Assembly: GCA_032718475.1 (NCBI GenBank)
Contig: JAUCBJ010001802.1
Coordinates: 62,001-126,000 of the forward strand
Reading direction: 5' to 3'
Source of the DNA: Nemertoderma westbladi
Taxonomy: Eukaryota > Animalia > Xenacoelomorpha
Length of the DNA stretch: 64,000 nt
Shown here: positions 28,301 to 43,300 of the stretch, in pieces
Numbering within the stretch: position 1 is the stretch's first letter
Layout: each line of letters opens with the position of its first letter
The notes under the pieces: model-generated
Databases searched by the model: none
Told to the model about the DNA's origin: nothing
What the model saw: only the letters and a program-made list of their open reading frames with translations
Position numbers and translations under genes: made by a program

Positions 28301-31300
28301 TATTTTAGAAACTGTGATTTTTTATATTTTATAGAATTAAATCCCATTTTCTGGGAGCGGTGTAAAAGCTTTTGTGGGATATAACTGGCCCTTTTGCTTC
28401 GCAATCCAGTTTCCCTCAATGCGCTCAAATACTCTAAAGAAAAACTCCCTAACTCAAATGATGCAAGCTACCGGCTGATTGGCTGATTTGCTGTACGTAT
28501 GGCCTCTTTGTTCTGTTCGATCAACCAACCAGAGCAAGGTCAACCAAGCAGAGTGATTCATCCTGTGTGTTGGCTAAGGGCTGCAAAAATCCGAATAGTT
28601 CGGCATTTAGACATTCGTGGAATCTGTGGAATATGGAACTCTGCCAATGAGAGCTTTTCCTCTTTGTGTTGAAAGCTACCTGCAACAGCTCACAGGGTTC
28701 AGTGTGTTGGTTTTCCTGATGCCATGAACATCGGCTATGGAATTATTCTGTTTTATTCCAACATTAGAACGGCTTTAATTATAAGAACACATAACTGTTA
28801 CCGGCACGGTACGGTACGGTACGGTACCTACTGCTGTATGGCACATTATTTACTGCTATTTACTGTTTGTTATTAATTGTATCAGTTGTTTACATATTGT
28901 TATTTGGAGAATAACGATAAACGATCAGAAACCCCGATCTTCTTGATACACTAAGGTTAGAGAGACCGGTTACATATAGCAATTGCGACTTATATTATCG
29001 TGGTTTGTAGTGAATTGAATGCTATTTTATAGGCCCTACAAATGTCGGTTGCTATTCTCTTTATATATGATTAAAATCAGTGACTATCGGCAATTCAGTG
29101 TGCAGCGGTGTGCAATAGTCTGTATGTGCTTGTCCGCGTAACAAAGCATCTCCTAAAGAATGCGCCTTATGTGTAACTTATAATCCATTCCGTTGTGTTT
29201 AGTGTAAGCCATAGCTCTGTTTATGTAGATAGAGCGCCACGTCCTAAAGGAACTGCTAATATTTCCCGAAAGTGAATGATATTTGTCAGGAATTATATTA
29301 ACGATCAATCGAATAGTACGGTAGGCCTGCACCGCAATCAAATTAAAGCATCCGAATCCAGTCTCCCGGGTATATCCAGCGGGTGAATGGTCGCGCATAG
29401 ACTGGCTTCGGCTAATGTTGGATTTATTTGTGTCAAATACTTGTCATAGGCTAAAGTCGATTTATAACCTAGAAGACATATAGATTTGGCGGGTTAAACT
29501 GCCAAAGGTCTTAAAGGCGCGAACAAACAGTATCGCCACTGTATGGCCTTTCTCCATTATTGCCATCACAACTCTACCACGCGGCAATATTGCCAATCGG
29601 TGTTCGGACACTTCCCCCCCCGAACACTTCCCCCCCGGACACTTCCCCCGGACACTTCCCCCCCCAGACACTTCCCCCCCGGACACTTCCCCCCCGAGCG
29701 TCGACCTGTATTATGTGTTCAGCATTACATATTGATATACATATTGCTATACATACTATAGAGATATTATACACACTACATATTAAATTTCCTGGTTACT
29801 TGCAATATTTTTAATAGGATTTTATTGAATTATATAATATTAGTAATTTATATATTAATTTGGTTAACATTCAATACAGCTCCTACTTTAGGCTTAGTCA
29901 ATTTATTATCTGATGATACAAACATAATTGATTATTTCAAAACGGTCTCAAAGTCTTTCACCACGGGCACACAGGGAATGCCGGGGTTTGGGGGCGGTAG
30001 CCCCCAAGAAAAGAAGCGGGGGTTTGGAGGCGGCAGCCCCCATGAAAAGAAGCGGGGGTTTGGGGGCGGCAGCCCCCAAGAAAAGAACCAGGTGTTTGGG
30101 GGCGGCAGCCCCCAACAAAAGGAGCGGGGGTTTGGGGGCGGCAACCCCCAATTAAAAGAAAAACAAACAATATTTGACTATAAAAATGTTTCTTTTATAA
30201 TTTTGAAAAAACTTGTCTAGGTGCAACTTGTCCTGTAACCATCTTTAACTTTTGTTTATTGCTTTGATGCACCCAGATTAATTTTAACACTTTAATTGGG
30301 GGGGAAGTGTCAGGGGGGCAAGTGTCCGGAGGGAAGTGTCCGGGGGGGAAGTGTTCTACTTGGGCGGGGGGGGGGGGGAGTGTCCGGGGGGGGAACTGTC
30401 CGGGGGGGGGGGGGGAGTGTTCTAGATCCTTGCCAATCAACATTTTGACGTCACCCACCCCCCCCCCCCCCGGCCTTGGGATATCCCTGTGCGGCTGTAG
30501 CTGGGATAGCTTAATCGAACTGGACTGGCTTACTATAAGGCCCTGTCTACTGTAGCCCTCGCCTTACATTTATTGGTCGTGTGATTAATTTGTTGATTGA
30601 TTGTCAGATGCATACATAATTGCTTTGCTGTCATTGGTTGTTCAACCTGTTGTTACCTGAATCTGTTTGATTGTAGCATATTAGGTATTCCGTATTGCCC
30701 TTACCACTTGAAGATGTGGATAATCTCGCGTCATGGAAGATAGGGAGGTGTGGCGGTGCAACTTTGTTGTTTTTATATAAGCCGACATAGCATTTAATGC
30801 ACGCTGCATTGGGCTTGCATTGTGGATTGCTTGCATTTTGGTGGCAAAATATTTTTGTTAAACCATCATATAATCTCAATGTGCAGTTTCAATGCAACAG
30901 GCCAATTATAGTACTTTGAATTCAGACACTTGGTGTCCCAGACACCAGGATTTCACTTTTCGGTCGACTTTTTATTGGAATTTTATAAATGAAGATTTTT
31001 TATTTTATTAAATTTATCTTTATTAAGTGTCTCATAGCGCGTATTTCTGTCTTATAACCTGTACATATACTAATTCGTACTAGATTCAGCCCTTCTGTAA
31101 CCTGTGTTTTTGGTGAAAACCTGGTATTCTTCACATGGGGGTAACTGCAAAGTGAAATATAACGGCCAAAAGTCTGGTATTCTTCACATGGGCCGTTTTT
31201 TTCTACCCCCAATGACTACATTAACTGACATGTCCTAAGTTGTATAAAATAACTGACTTTCACTTTAAGAGTTGAAAAGCTATTTCATTGTATTCCAATT

Positions 31301-34300
31301 TCAACTGCGGTATCACATTTCCTAATGTCTGCACTGCAACCTATATATCCTATACTGTAAATCCTAAATCAGAGTCAGAAATCAAAGTGAATAACCTACT
31401 ACTGGCCCATTAACAATATGCAGTATAAATGAAGAATGGAAATTAGTGGGTATGCTTAGATACAAGATAGATACCGTTTCGGTAAAATAAAACCACGTCT
31501 CAATGTTAAATTTGTAATTAACGGAATGGGGCAGGTTAGAGTGGTGCATTATTCTAACCAAAACAATAAACGAGAATAATCAGTAAAATAATCAGAAACG
31601 AGAATTTTGAGAATAATCAGCTGTCAGCTGTGGTGCTGGGTTATTATGGTCGATATGTTGCTGGGTCAACCGGTACTGAACCTTAGTTAAAGGACTGGTG
31701 CATGCCGATCACCATGGTCAATATTCAAGGAAGAAGTCCATGTCCTACTACTGTATAGGAAAACATTATTTACTTACCTGTGGTTGAGCCATATAATACC
31801 GCGTACATGTGTAGCCAAATCAGATTATTATGAGCATTCAAACCCGAAGGGGCAAACGGGCAAGTGATTGTGACTATCCCGCTGATGACAAGTGTGCCAG
31901 CCGCTAGAAGAACACAGTCAAGCCCAGACTTTTCGGTAATGCAACCGCTCACAAATCGTCCAACGGTATTAGCACCACCCAAAGCTGAAACAATATAATA
32001 ATTGCTGAATTATAGGCAATGTTGAAACCATAAATTAAAACCTGAAATAAATTATTTTCAAACCTAAATCGTGGTTACACAAGGAATAATAATATTAGTG
32101 CAAATTGGAAAAAAAGCCATTTATAATAATATTCGAACGTTTCGATTTAATCAATAAATCATCTCCAGTGAAGTAGTATGGCAGTATATATAGAAATATT
32201 AATTATTAACACATTAATTATATATACAAGACTGCAAACTAGAGAAGAAAATGCATGATGCAATGCGCTGGAGGGATGATAACAAATAAATAGAGTGGTA
32301 AGGAATATTCCTGGATATTTAGGGTGGGTTTTTCGTTGCCAACGTCCAAACTTTCTTTAATGAGTAAATCATAGTTATTTTGTGCCCTACCAATGTATGT
32401 GAAGTCATCATATGTGATATTGTGATCATATTCTACAGCATGATCACGTACAGCTGAATTACCAGGGGAGGATAAATGTGACTCCCGTACGAGGATATTT
32501 TCCCAAATGTTCAGATATTCTCACCTTGAAATGGCGCTCGGATTTACCGATATGCTGTAGGTAGCGTTACAGCTTCTCACAGTTAAATTTATATAAGGTG
32601 AGAGCTCTGAGACTTAACCCTATTTAACCCGGGGGGTGTCATTTGACCCACCCCCGAGGTTTGTTTGTCATAACTAACAATAACAAATGCAGTAGGGAAT
32701 CTGAAATTATACGACTTTTCCTAAAAACCTATTGTCTTCCTAATAGTGAAAACTGTTTTCAAAAATATTGGGAAGTTTTCGAGTTATAGCACAATTTTTT
32801 AACCCTACTTTTGGCACTTTTTTTGAGAAGTTTTTTGAAAATTTAATTTCATGAAATATGATACTAGATGGAATTCATATAAATTAATTTAGAAATTTCC
32901 AAACTGTTTTTCTCGGCGGGTGCCAAATTTTGGTGCTAGCACCAAATTTTGAAATATGGAATTTTGTAAATTGATTGTTTGAACCTGTTTTTAGCGCAAT
33001 ACTGTAGGGGTTTTTTGGGGTTCTGGTTTCGATGGAATATATACGTGTTGCACCATGCATTTCAAACTTGTATTTTTCGGTGCTGTGTGCAAAATTTGGT
33101 GCCAGCACGAAATTTTGAAAAGCCATTCAATAGTTCAATTGCTTGTGACAACATATTTCACGCGTTTTAGAGGTTTATGGCGGTTCTGAATTCAATGGAA
33201 TAAATAATTATCTACCTAGACATCTCAAACTCGTATTTTTCGGAAGTGGGTGCAAAACTTGGTATTAGCACCAAATTTTGAAAACTACAGTCAATTGATT
33301 GTGTCACCTTGTTTCTTGCGTTATACGGGTTTGTAAGAGTTCTGAATTCAATGGAATAAGTAAAAATTGCATAACAGTTTGCAAACTTGTAGTTTTCGCC
33401 GGTGGGTGAAAATTATTGTGCCAGCACTAAATTTTTGAAAATAAGCAAATTGATCAATACATTGTACAGTATCATCTTGATTCTTGCGTTATACGGGTTT
33501 TTGAGGGTCCTGAATCCGATGGAATCAATAAAAACAGCACTGGACATCTCAAACCACTACTTTTTGGTGATGGCTACGAAATTTGGTGCTAGCACCAAAA
33601 TTTGCCATATTACGCTAAAAAAATACGAGTAGCAATGACTTGACAAATTAGAAATGTATTCCATTAGAATAAGCGCCCGCTAAAACCTGAAAATCTGAAT
33701 TTATAGCATCGTATAAGGGAATTCAAAAATTTGTGTTTAAACTGAAAGGTGCTGGTTACTTGTTTTTTTTTCATTTTTTGCCTAAGTAGAGGTCTAAATC
33801 AGCCAATAGTTTACTGTATGGTCTACCCGATGAATCTCTTAGCCGACTTCAAGTTGCCTTAAATTCATGCGCTAGAATTATTACCAACACTCCCAGACTA
33901 TCCCGAATAACACCAATTCTGAAATCCTTACACTGGCTGCCAATATCATCAAGAATTGGATACAAAAATTGAATGCAACTCTAACCTGGAAAACACTCAA
34001 TAATAAAGCACCTGCCTATATTTGGAAACTACTAACACCAAATTATTCTACTACAAGAACTGACTACCTCTGGACCCTTAAAGTTCCCCGTTGTAAACTT
34101 AAATATTATGGAGATCGCTGCTTTTCGATCGCCGCCCCAACAGAACTGCAACCCAAGGTTTTCTGTCGCGGATTAAAAACTCATTTATTTTCATGTGCAT
34201 ACCCTAAGTAAGATTTGTTTTAAAGCGCCCTTGAACTGACATTTAGGTAAGGCGCTATATAAGTTCATATTTATTATTATTATTTATAGTAATCAGACCA

Positions 34301-37300
34301 TTTTTAAACATTTTCAAATGTATTTTGCGCCCCAGAAAACCTGTATTGAAAAACATTTAGCTGAAAATTGTTAGCTAAATATGACCAACCACCGGTATTT
34401 GTACAACATTTTATAGCCCGGTACTAAAAGGGTTAAGGCAAGTCTATCCTTTACGGGAGTAACTATTGAGTCTACAGTAGTGTAATTAATTTAAAATTTA
34501 ATTTTTTAAATTTTTTAAATTAAATATAATTTTATAATAAATATAATAAAATTTTCAAATTTATTAATTTAAAATTGCACTGTGGGTATGCTTTGACAAT
34601 GAGTCGTAAAAGTTTCTGTAGAAGAGTTGAATAACTACCTACAGTAAGTATGGTAAAACAAAAAATATGGATAGTTTTAATAGTGTCTGACGTGGGGGTG
34701 AGGGGGCGGTGAATTTTAGTATCACTTTATTTGTCACCGGGCATTACAACAGGCTCATTGGATAACCATTTAGGCTGAGGTATTTATGTAGAATTGGAAT
34801 CTCTAATTGAAACTGATGATGGATATGGGAAGTGGTGTAAAACGCGGATTCAAGTTAATTATCAAGTTTTAATAGATCCGGGAATGTGTGTAAAACGCGG
34901 ATTGAAATTAATTACAAAGTGTTACTGGATCCGGGAATGGGTGTAAAACGCGGATTCAATTTGATTACCAAGTTTTAATGGATCCGGGAAGGGGTGTAAA
35001 ACGCGGATGCAAGTTAATTACCAAGTTTTATTGGATCCAGGGAGGGGTATAAACTGTGGATTGAAGTTAATTATCCAAGTTTTAATGGATCCGGGAATGT
35101 GTGTAAAACGCGGATTGAAATTAATTACAAAGTGTTGCTGGATCCGGGAAGGGGTGTAAAACGCGGTTTCAAGTTAATTACCAAGGTTTAATGGATCCGT
35201 GAAGGGGTATAAAACGCGGATTGAAGTTACAGTAATTACCAAGTTTTAATGGATCCGGGAAGGGGTGTAAAACGAGGATTCAATTTGATTACAAAGTGTT
35301 ACTGGATCCGGGAAGGGGTGTAAAACGCGGTTTCAAGTTAATTACCAAGGTTTAATGGATCCGTGAAGGGGTGTAAAACGAGGATTCAATTTGATTACAA
35401 AGTGTTACTGGATCCGGGAAGGGGTGTAAAACGCGGATTCAATTTGATTACCAAGTTTTAATGGACCCGGGAAGGGGTGTAAAACGCGGATGCAAGTTAA
35501 TTACCAAGTTTTATTGGATCCAGGGAGGGGTATAAACTGTGGATTGAAGTTAATTATCCAAGTTTTAATGGATCCGGGAATGTGTGTAAAACGCGGATTG
35601 AAATTAATTACAAAGTGTTGCTGGATCCGGGAAGGGGTGTAAAACGCGGATTCAATTTGATTACCAAGTTTTATTGGATCCGTGAAGGGGTATAAAACGC
35701 GGATTGAAGTTACAGTAATTACCAAGTTTTAATTGATCCGGGAAGGGGTGTAAAACGAGGATTCAATTTGATTATCAAGTGTTACTGGATCTGGGAAGTG
35801 GTGTAAAACGCGAATTCAGGTTAATTACAAAGTGTTACTGGGTTCAGGAAGGGGTGTAAAACGCGGATTCATTTTATTTACAAAGTGTTACTGGATCCTG
35901 GAAGGGGTGTAATACGCGGATTCAATTTGATTACCAAGGTTTAATGGATCCGAGAAAGGGTGTAAAACGCGGATTCAATTTGATTACCAAGTTTTAATGG
36001 ACCCGGGAAGGGGTGTAAAACGCGGATTCAATTTGATAATGCAGAAACACTTTGAAATTAACTTGAATCCACGTTTTACACCCCTTCCCGGATCCAATAA
36101 AACTTGGTAATTAAATTGAATCCGCGTATTACACCCCTTCCAGGATCCAGTAACACTTTGTAAATAAAATGAATCCGCGTTTTACACCCCTTCCTGAACC
36201 CAGTAACACTTTGTAATTAACCTGAATTCGCGTTTTACACCACTTCCCAGATCCAGTAACACTTGGTAATTAACTTGAATCCATTTTTTACACCCCTTCC
36301 CGGATCCAGTAATACTTTGTAATTAACATGAATCCGCGTATTACAACCCTTCCCGGATCCAGTAACACTTTGAAATTAACTTGAATCCACGTTTTACACC
36401 CCTTCCCGGATCCAATAAAACTTGGTAATACATTGAATCCGCGTATTACACCCCTTCCAGGATCCAGTAACACTTTGTAAATAAAATGAATCCGCGTTTT
36501 ACACCCCTTCCTGAACCCAGTAACACTTTGTAATTAACCTGAATTCGCGTTTTACACCACTTCCCAGATCCAGTAACACTTGGTAATTAACTTGAATCCA
36601 TTTTTTACACCCCTTCCCGGATCCAGTAACACTTTGTAAATAAATTGAATCCACGTTTTACACCCCTTCCAGGATCCAATAAAACTTGGTAATTAACTTG
36701 AATCCGCGTTTTACACCCCTTCCCGGACCCAGTAACACTTGGTAATTAAATTGAATATGCGTTTCACATACTTCCCGGATCCATTAAAACTTGGTAATTA
36801 ACTTGAATCCGTGTTTTACACCCTTCCCGGATCCAGTAACACTTTGTAAATAAATTGAATCCGTGTTTTACACCCCTTCCCGGATCCAGTAACACTTTGT
36901 AAATAAATTGAATCCACGTTTTACACCCCTTCCCAGATCCAATAATACTTGGTAATTAACTTGAATCCGTGTTTTACACCCATTCCTGGATCCAGTAACA
37001 CTTGGTAATTAACTTGAATATGCGTTTCACACTTCCCAGATCCATTAAAACTTGGTAATTAATTTGAATCCGTGTTTTACACCCCTTCCCGGATCCAGTA
37101 ACACTTTGTAAATAAATTGAATCCGCGTTTTACACCCCTTCCTGGATCCAATAAAACTTGGTAATTAACTTGAACCCGCATTTTACACCCCTTCCCGGAT
37201 CCAGTAACACTTGGTAATTAACTTGAAAACGCGTTTCACACTTCCCGGATCCATTAAAACTTGCTAATTAACTTGAATCCGTGTTTTACACCCCTTCCCG

Positions 37301-40300
37301 CATCAAGTACAGTAACACTTTGTAAATAAATTGAATCCGTGTTTTATACACCCTTTCCCGGATCCAGTAACACTTTGTAAATAAATTGAATCCGCGTTTT
37401 ACACCCCGTCCCGGATCCAGTAACACTTTGTAAATAAATTGAATCCGTGTTTTACACCCTTTCCCGGATCCAGTAACACTTTGTAAATAAATTGAATCCG
37501 CGTTTTACACCCCGTCCCGGATCCAGTAACACTTTGTAAATAAATTGAATCCACGTTTTACACCCCTTCCAGGATCCAATAAAACTTGGTAATTAACTTG
37601 AATCCGCGTTTTACACCCCTTCCCGGATCCAGTAACACTTGGTAATTAAATTGAATATGCGTTTCACATACTTCCCGGATCCATTAAAACTTGGTAATTA
37701 ACTTGAATCCGTGTTTTACACCCTTCCCGGATCCAGTAACACTTTGTAAATAAATTGAATCCGCGTTTTACACCCCTTCCCGGATCCAGTAACACTTTGT
37801 AAATAAATTGAATCCGTGTTTCACACCCGGTCCCGGATCCAGTAACACTTTGTAAATAAATTGAATCCACGTTTTACACCCCTTCCCGGATCCAGTAACA
37901 CTTTGTAAATAAATTGAATCATAAAATTAAATAAATAAAAATAAAATAAATTGAATTACTTTGCAGAGTCACCCTATAGCCCGCAACGCTGCGAAGTGGT
38001 ACTGTACCTTGCAGCGTTACGTGTAATTCATCAGAACGCTGATAAGTTGACATAATGTAACAAAAACAATTAACTTCTTGAAGTTACTTTTTGTCTTGTA
38101 CTAAATACTTGTACAGTGCTTTATAATGAAACTTTAACACAGGATACTAACTTAGAATTATAAATTTTGCTTCATCATATGGTATTCCTTTGACTTTAGC
38201 GTGCTCCAGTAGAAACACGTTTGGGACAAGTAATCCCAACATTGCAACCGCAGAACTAAACGCAATAAGAACAAAAGTCTGACTGTGCATGACTTTGGTG
38301 GCGTTCTGGAATGCTTTGTAAAAATGGCCCAGTGCATCCCCAGTGCACGAGCACGTAAAAAGTGTTTCGGATTTTCTATTTCCATCGTTCGTAAATCGAA
38401 CCGGTATTTCAAAGTCATATTCATCTTGTTTTTGGCTGTCACAATCATAGCGAATGGCATTGCAGATGTCTCTGTAGTCTCCACCTGATATATAATACTC
38501 AATTTCGGAAGTTGCGCTCTCTTCATCATTATCTGCTTTTGGTAGTTTGGAATACTCTTCTTTTGGCAACTCTAACGCAACTCCCCCCTCATCAGTGTGT
38601 ACTACATATCCCACACTCTTCCGCCTGATTTTTGATTTATTTGGAAGGGAGCTTCCAATATTTGGATCTGGAAGTCTTTTGTAGGGTTTAGAGCCCCTTA
38701 CAGCTCTATGCGAAGCGGGTGGATTATTTGGGAAGGCTTTGGAAGAGTCTGTTGCTGCTTTATTGGTCTTAGGTAGTATGTCTCTCTCTGCATATCTAAG
38801 GGGTACATCCTTGCCGTTGTCCGTGTGAGCATGCTTTTTATCCTCATTAGGTTCGTCTGTTTTGTTTTTTGGAAAAGATTTCTTAGACTGCCGCTTTTTA
38901 CCAAATTCATTATCTTCCCCTTGCTTCAATTTGGCATTAAATGTATTGAACCACAAACCACAAATCGAACAATTTAGAATCATAGCGGAACAAATTAAAA
39001 ATGTGCCCTGTAAAATATTAAAAGTTAGTTTAGTTTTAGTATTTATTCCGTTTATTTTTAGCTTTAAAATTTGTAAACTTAAATAATATATATTGGCATA
39101 CTGTACATGCTGTAAATCTACAATTAGGCCTGAAATATAAATAGTTCCTTTAAAATATTAACAGTGCCGGAGCAAGGTGTTTGCTTGCCCGTAATGATTC
39201 AGTCATTATTAAAGTATTTATTCGATACGGGGGTAAAAGCCACGCCTACACCTGCGCCAACCCCAACGCCTACACTGTAATAAACAATGAAATTTTTGCT
39301 TCATTTTTATTATGGTAAAAGAATAAAAGCATCAATACACCATGTTAAGGGCGTTTTTCCTGTAAATGGTTTGTGGAGAAATTGATCTACTCTATTCTAT
39401 GTGAAATTCCTAGAATAATTTCTTTAAAATGCATTGTCTTACCCCAAAATATTTGAGAAATAAAATAAATATATCTATACATTAATTTGCCTTTAAACAA
39501 TTGTGTAAATATTAAACTGAAATCACCATTATACCACTGGCGGTATTTATTTTCACATGTTATACATAATTATGGTGTAACACATTTTATTAAAAATGCA
39601 AATAGTAGTGTACTTTTATACATTTAAGAGTCTGTCGATTTCACCATGAAAAATTCATGGTAATAATTATTTACATACTTGTGTGTAATGTAGCAGCACT
39701 TTACAGAGTGATGATCCGAGTGGTTTTGTTACACGAACGAACGTTAGTGAGTGAGTGAAAATAAAGCCACGAGGATCAGAACACTGTAAAGTACTTTGCA
39801 ACAAGCATGTATGTAGTTTTATTCCAAAATTTTAACATTACGAAGTGATTGTACATATATTATAAGTGATAGGAACTGCAGAAATTAAATTAGTTGCTGT
39901 AGAAATAAATGTAAAAAATGACATAAATAATAAGTTATAAGGAGTTATAAGGTTTTACCCGGCCGTTTAACTTTGTCCGATATGATCAATGTGGACTTTG
40001 TTCAAAATTGCTTGCGCTGTAATATTCCTTTTCCCAGCAAAGTCAAACGCATCCAGGAATTCCTCTATCAATCACGCATGGTGTAATCTGCATCATCATT
40101 TTTATGTCTCTGATTTTTAACTTACTCCCCAATGGTGATCCCACCCCTCACATCATATTTTATGGTGGTGCACTTTGTTTACAGTTGCACTTAATGACCA
40201 ACCCTTAGACAATGTTTTATATGTGTTGTGAATTTTACTACCATATGCCATATGTATGTCCAGAAGTAAGCCTTCTATTCCATTGGTGCCATTGGATTTT

Positions 40301-43300
40301 ATCTCTGTAATTTTAATTTGCCGGCGATGACCGGATTATTAATAATAATAATAATATTTACATACTTGTGTGTAAAGTAGCACTTTACAGTGTGATGATC
40401 CGAGTGGCTTTGTTACACGAACGAACGTTAGTGAGTGAGTGAAAATAAAGCCACGAGGATCAGAACACTTTAAAGTACTTTGCAACAAGTATGTATGTAG
40501 TTTTATTCCAAAATTTTAACATTACGAAGTGATTGTACATATATTATAAGTGATAGGAACTGCACAAATTAAATTAGTTGCTGTAGAAATAAATGTAAAA
40601 AATGACATAAATAATAAGTTATAAATAAGTTTGTTAGCGTATTCAATTCCGCTAACCAGGCCCACACAAAGTTGGTATTAGGCAATATTGGGAGTACAAG
40701 GTTGATTACCAATCAACCTTGTATCACCCCAATAAGCGGGGCGACAAACCCCAAAGGGCCTCAGACAATAGAGGTTAGAGGTCAAGGAGAGAGAGTAACA
40801 GCAGCGGGGGGGGGGGAAACACTCCCACAAAGTTCAGGGCGAGAATTAGGTTACTAGCCAATGGGGGGACAGCAGGGCATCAGCTGAGTAACACGGCCAA
40901 CCTAGAGTATATTACCGGTTGATGTTTAGTTTAGTTAGTCAGTTATCTCAGTACAGTCACGGCAGTACGGTGACAGTTTAAGACCGTCACCGCCGTCAGC
41001 AATACATATTATTCCTGTATTACCGGTCAATCGTGCTATCTGCTATCATCCAGTCACCTATATTATATATCTCAGTACAAGATTCAGGAACACAAACTAT
41101 TACATTTTCCATCACACAGTGCGGCTGACGCGTACATAAACAACACCGGATAAACCGGGATCCTCGGATCCCGTCACAGTCTTAAACTATAGGAACTGCC
41201 TGACAGACTGTGGCTGCCAGCCACCAGAGACAAAGATGAGCCAAGAGAGAGAGACGACACCGCCGCGGACCCTGGACGACAACCTAACGATCCGCGAGGC
41301 CACGGCGAGACAGTATCGACCCACGAGGCCGGATTCGTCGACGACGAACGATCCGGCAATCCAAACGGAAGGGGGCCGTCTACAACGAGGAGGGAGAGAC
41401 GAGTCGAGAGAAGGGAGAGACGAGTCGACGCACGACGGCGGTCGACATGCCAATGTCGCCGGCCAGCCACAGGCCGAGGGTGACGGATGGCCCACCGGAA
41501 CGGCGACGGTGGGGCCGCCGGTACGACGCCGGACCCGGAGAGAGAGAGGAGATGTCGGCGACGAGGACGTCGGGGTCAGAGACCGGCTCCGACGAGCCTA
41601 CGCCGCGACCCGGGAGCAACTGAGAGAAGCTAGAGGAGGGGCCAAGATAGACCAGGTGAAGTTAGGAAAGCGGCTAGGTGAGTCGAATAAACATTTTGAT
41701 TGCTCTGGTGCGCTTTGGGCAGGGAGAACTAGCCGATGAGAGAGCGAGTGGGGTTGCCACCGAACTGTTTGAACTGTGGGAACCTAGGGGTATGGGGCCT
41801 GGTGTAGTGTACATAGGGCCATACTTAGTTGATGCCAGGGGAGTTAAGTTAGTGGGTTGGGCGGGACCGCACGAGGGCGAATCCGAGGTTAACTCCGAGG
41901 ATTCGGTCCCGTCGGTCAGCGAGAACCCCGGAAAGCGGGGGAAAGTTAGTAGGACGGAGGGGCGACGGGAGTCCGTCGCAACCGATAAGTCTGCTACATC
42001 CTCCGCAAAAGAAAGAAGGGTGTTAGAAAATAAATCTGGCGTGTCAGCGTAAAGAGCGTGAGGCGAGAAGGGCGAGCGAGTGTAAAGAGCGCGAGGCGAG
42101 GTGGCTTGAGAGGGTTGCGAGAGAGACAGAGTTGGCCGAGCAAAGTCTGCGAGGAGGATGGAGAGAGAGAAACGTTTGCTAATACCCCACTTACAGGGAC
42201 CGGACGACAGACCCAAGACTGGTGTAACCGTACGGGCGGGGGGGGGGGGGGGGGGGGGTAATAACAATAGATTAGAGAACGTTAATATTAATAGTACCGT
42301 AGTAAATAACCCTAATACCTTTATTACAGGAAATATATTTTACCCGGTGATTTAAATACAAATAATCTCAAATAATAATTTAAATCCAAATAATTCGAAT
42401 AATAATTTAAATTTAGAAAATAATAATAATTCTAATTTAAATAATTTAAATAATAATATTGATAACGGGGCTATTAATACTAATGTAGACACAGATGGTC
42501 CGCCAACGGTAGCCTGCAAGGCAACGTAGTTAGTAGGCAGGGAGTGGCGGGGTTGAGTCAACCCGAGGTGGGCCTGGTAGGCCACGCAGTAGTAGAGAGA
42601 GAGGCGGGGGTGAATAGACCCAGCCGCAGTAGAGACAGTGCGTCGACTAGAGAGGGGTGTAGAAGTGAAGTAAGAGATAGTGAAGTAAGATGTGGCGAGT
42701 GGGGGGGGGGGGGGGGGGCTACGGGCGCCCCACCACGAGAGATTAGTAGCGAGTGGGGTCGAACTTCGGGGGATTGCCGTCGCCCCGGAGAAACGCACTG
42801 CACGCCAGGAGAGCGGTACAGGATGTACCAATACGAAGACGAGAGCAGGATAGGGGATCGAAGAGAAACTTCCCGACGGGATGTAGCTGCCGATCGAGAG
42901 TACGGTAGTCGCGGGGAGATTCGAGATTCGAGAGAATTAAACTTCGGTTCGGAAGGGCACATGCAGACTGCAGGACATACTGTAGGCCTTACTGCACATA
43001 CTATTATAGGCCATGCTGGGAGAGATAGAATAGGCGATAGGGTAGCGCCGACGACGGGATTAAACCCGGAAGTCGCGGAGTACATACCGGTAGGTAGGCA
43101 AGAAGTGGGTAGGCCTATATCGGTACGGCAGCATGACTATAATACACAGGGACATAACATAGACCCGGTTGAGGGGGATATTGCAGATAGATGGATGGGC
43201 CCCAATATATTAACATCAGCCCCAGTGCCGAACATAACACCGGTGGGGGGGGGGGGGTGACAGGGTGACATTCCCCCATCTACAAAATATCCGCAGTATA

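Larger units (their letters stand above)
16988..29525 (+). mobile_element. Non-autonomous Bel/Pao LTR retrotransposon
   Basis: TGT...ACA LTRs at 16988-19374 and 28361-29525; 5-bp TSD AACAG (16983-16987, 29526-29530); PPT gggagcgg at 28353-28360; Bel/Pao-type gag with three zinc knuckles and a DSG protease. Confidence 0.93.

Noticed and set aside
29825-30220. 131-aa ORF with a signal-like N-terminus and GFGGGSPQEKKR repeats (neuropeptide-precursor-like)
   Set aside because: It lies inside a MITE with a clear 9-bp TSD, and the repeats are its 36-bp internal units. Only expression data could rescue it.
32479-34462. Outer inverted pair actcccgta..ggata around the piggyBac-like element
   Set aside because: Short and imperfect with no TSD, so not called as a separate element.
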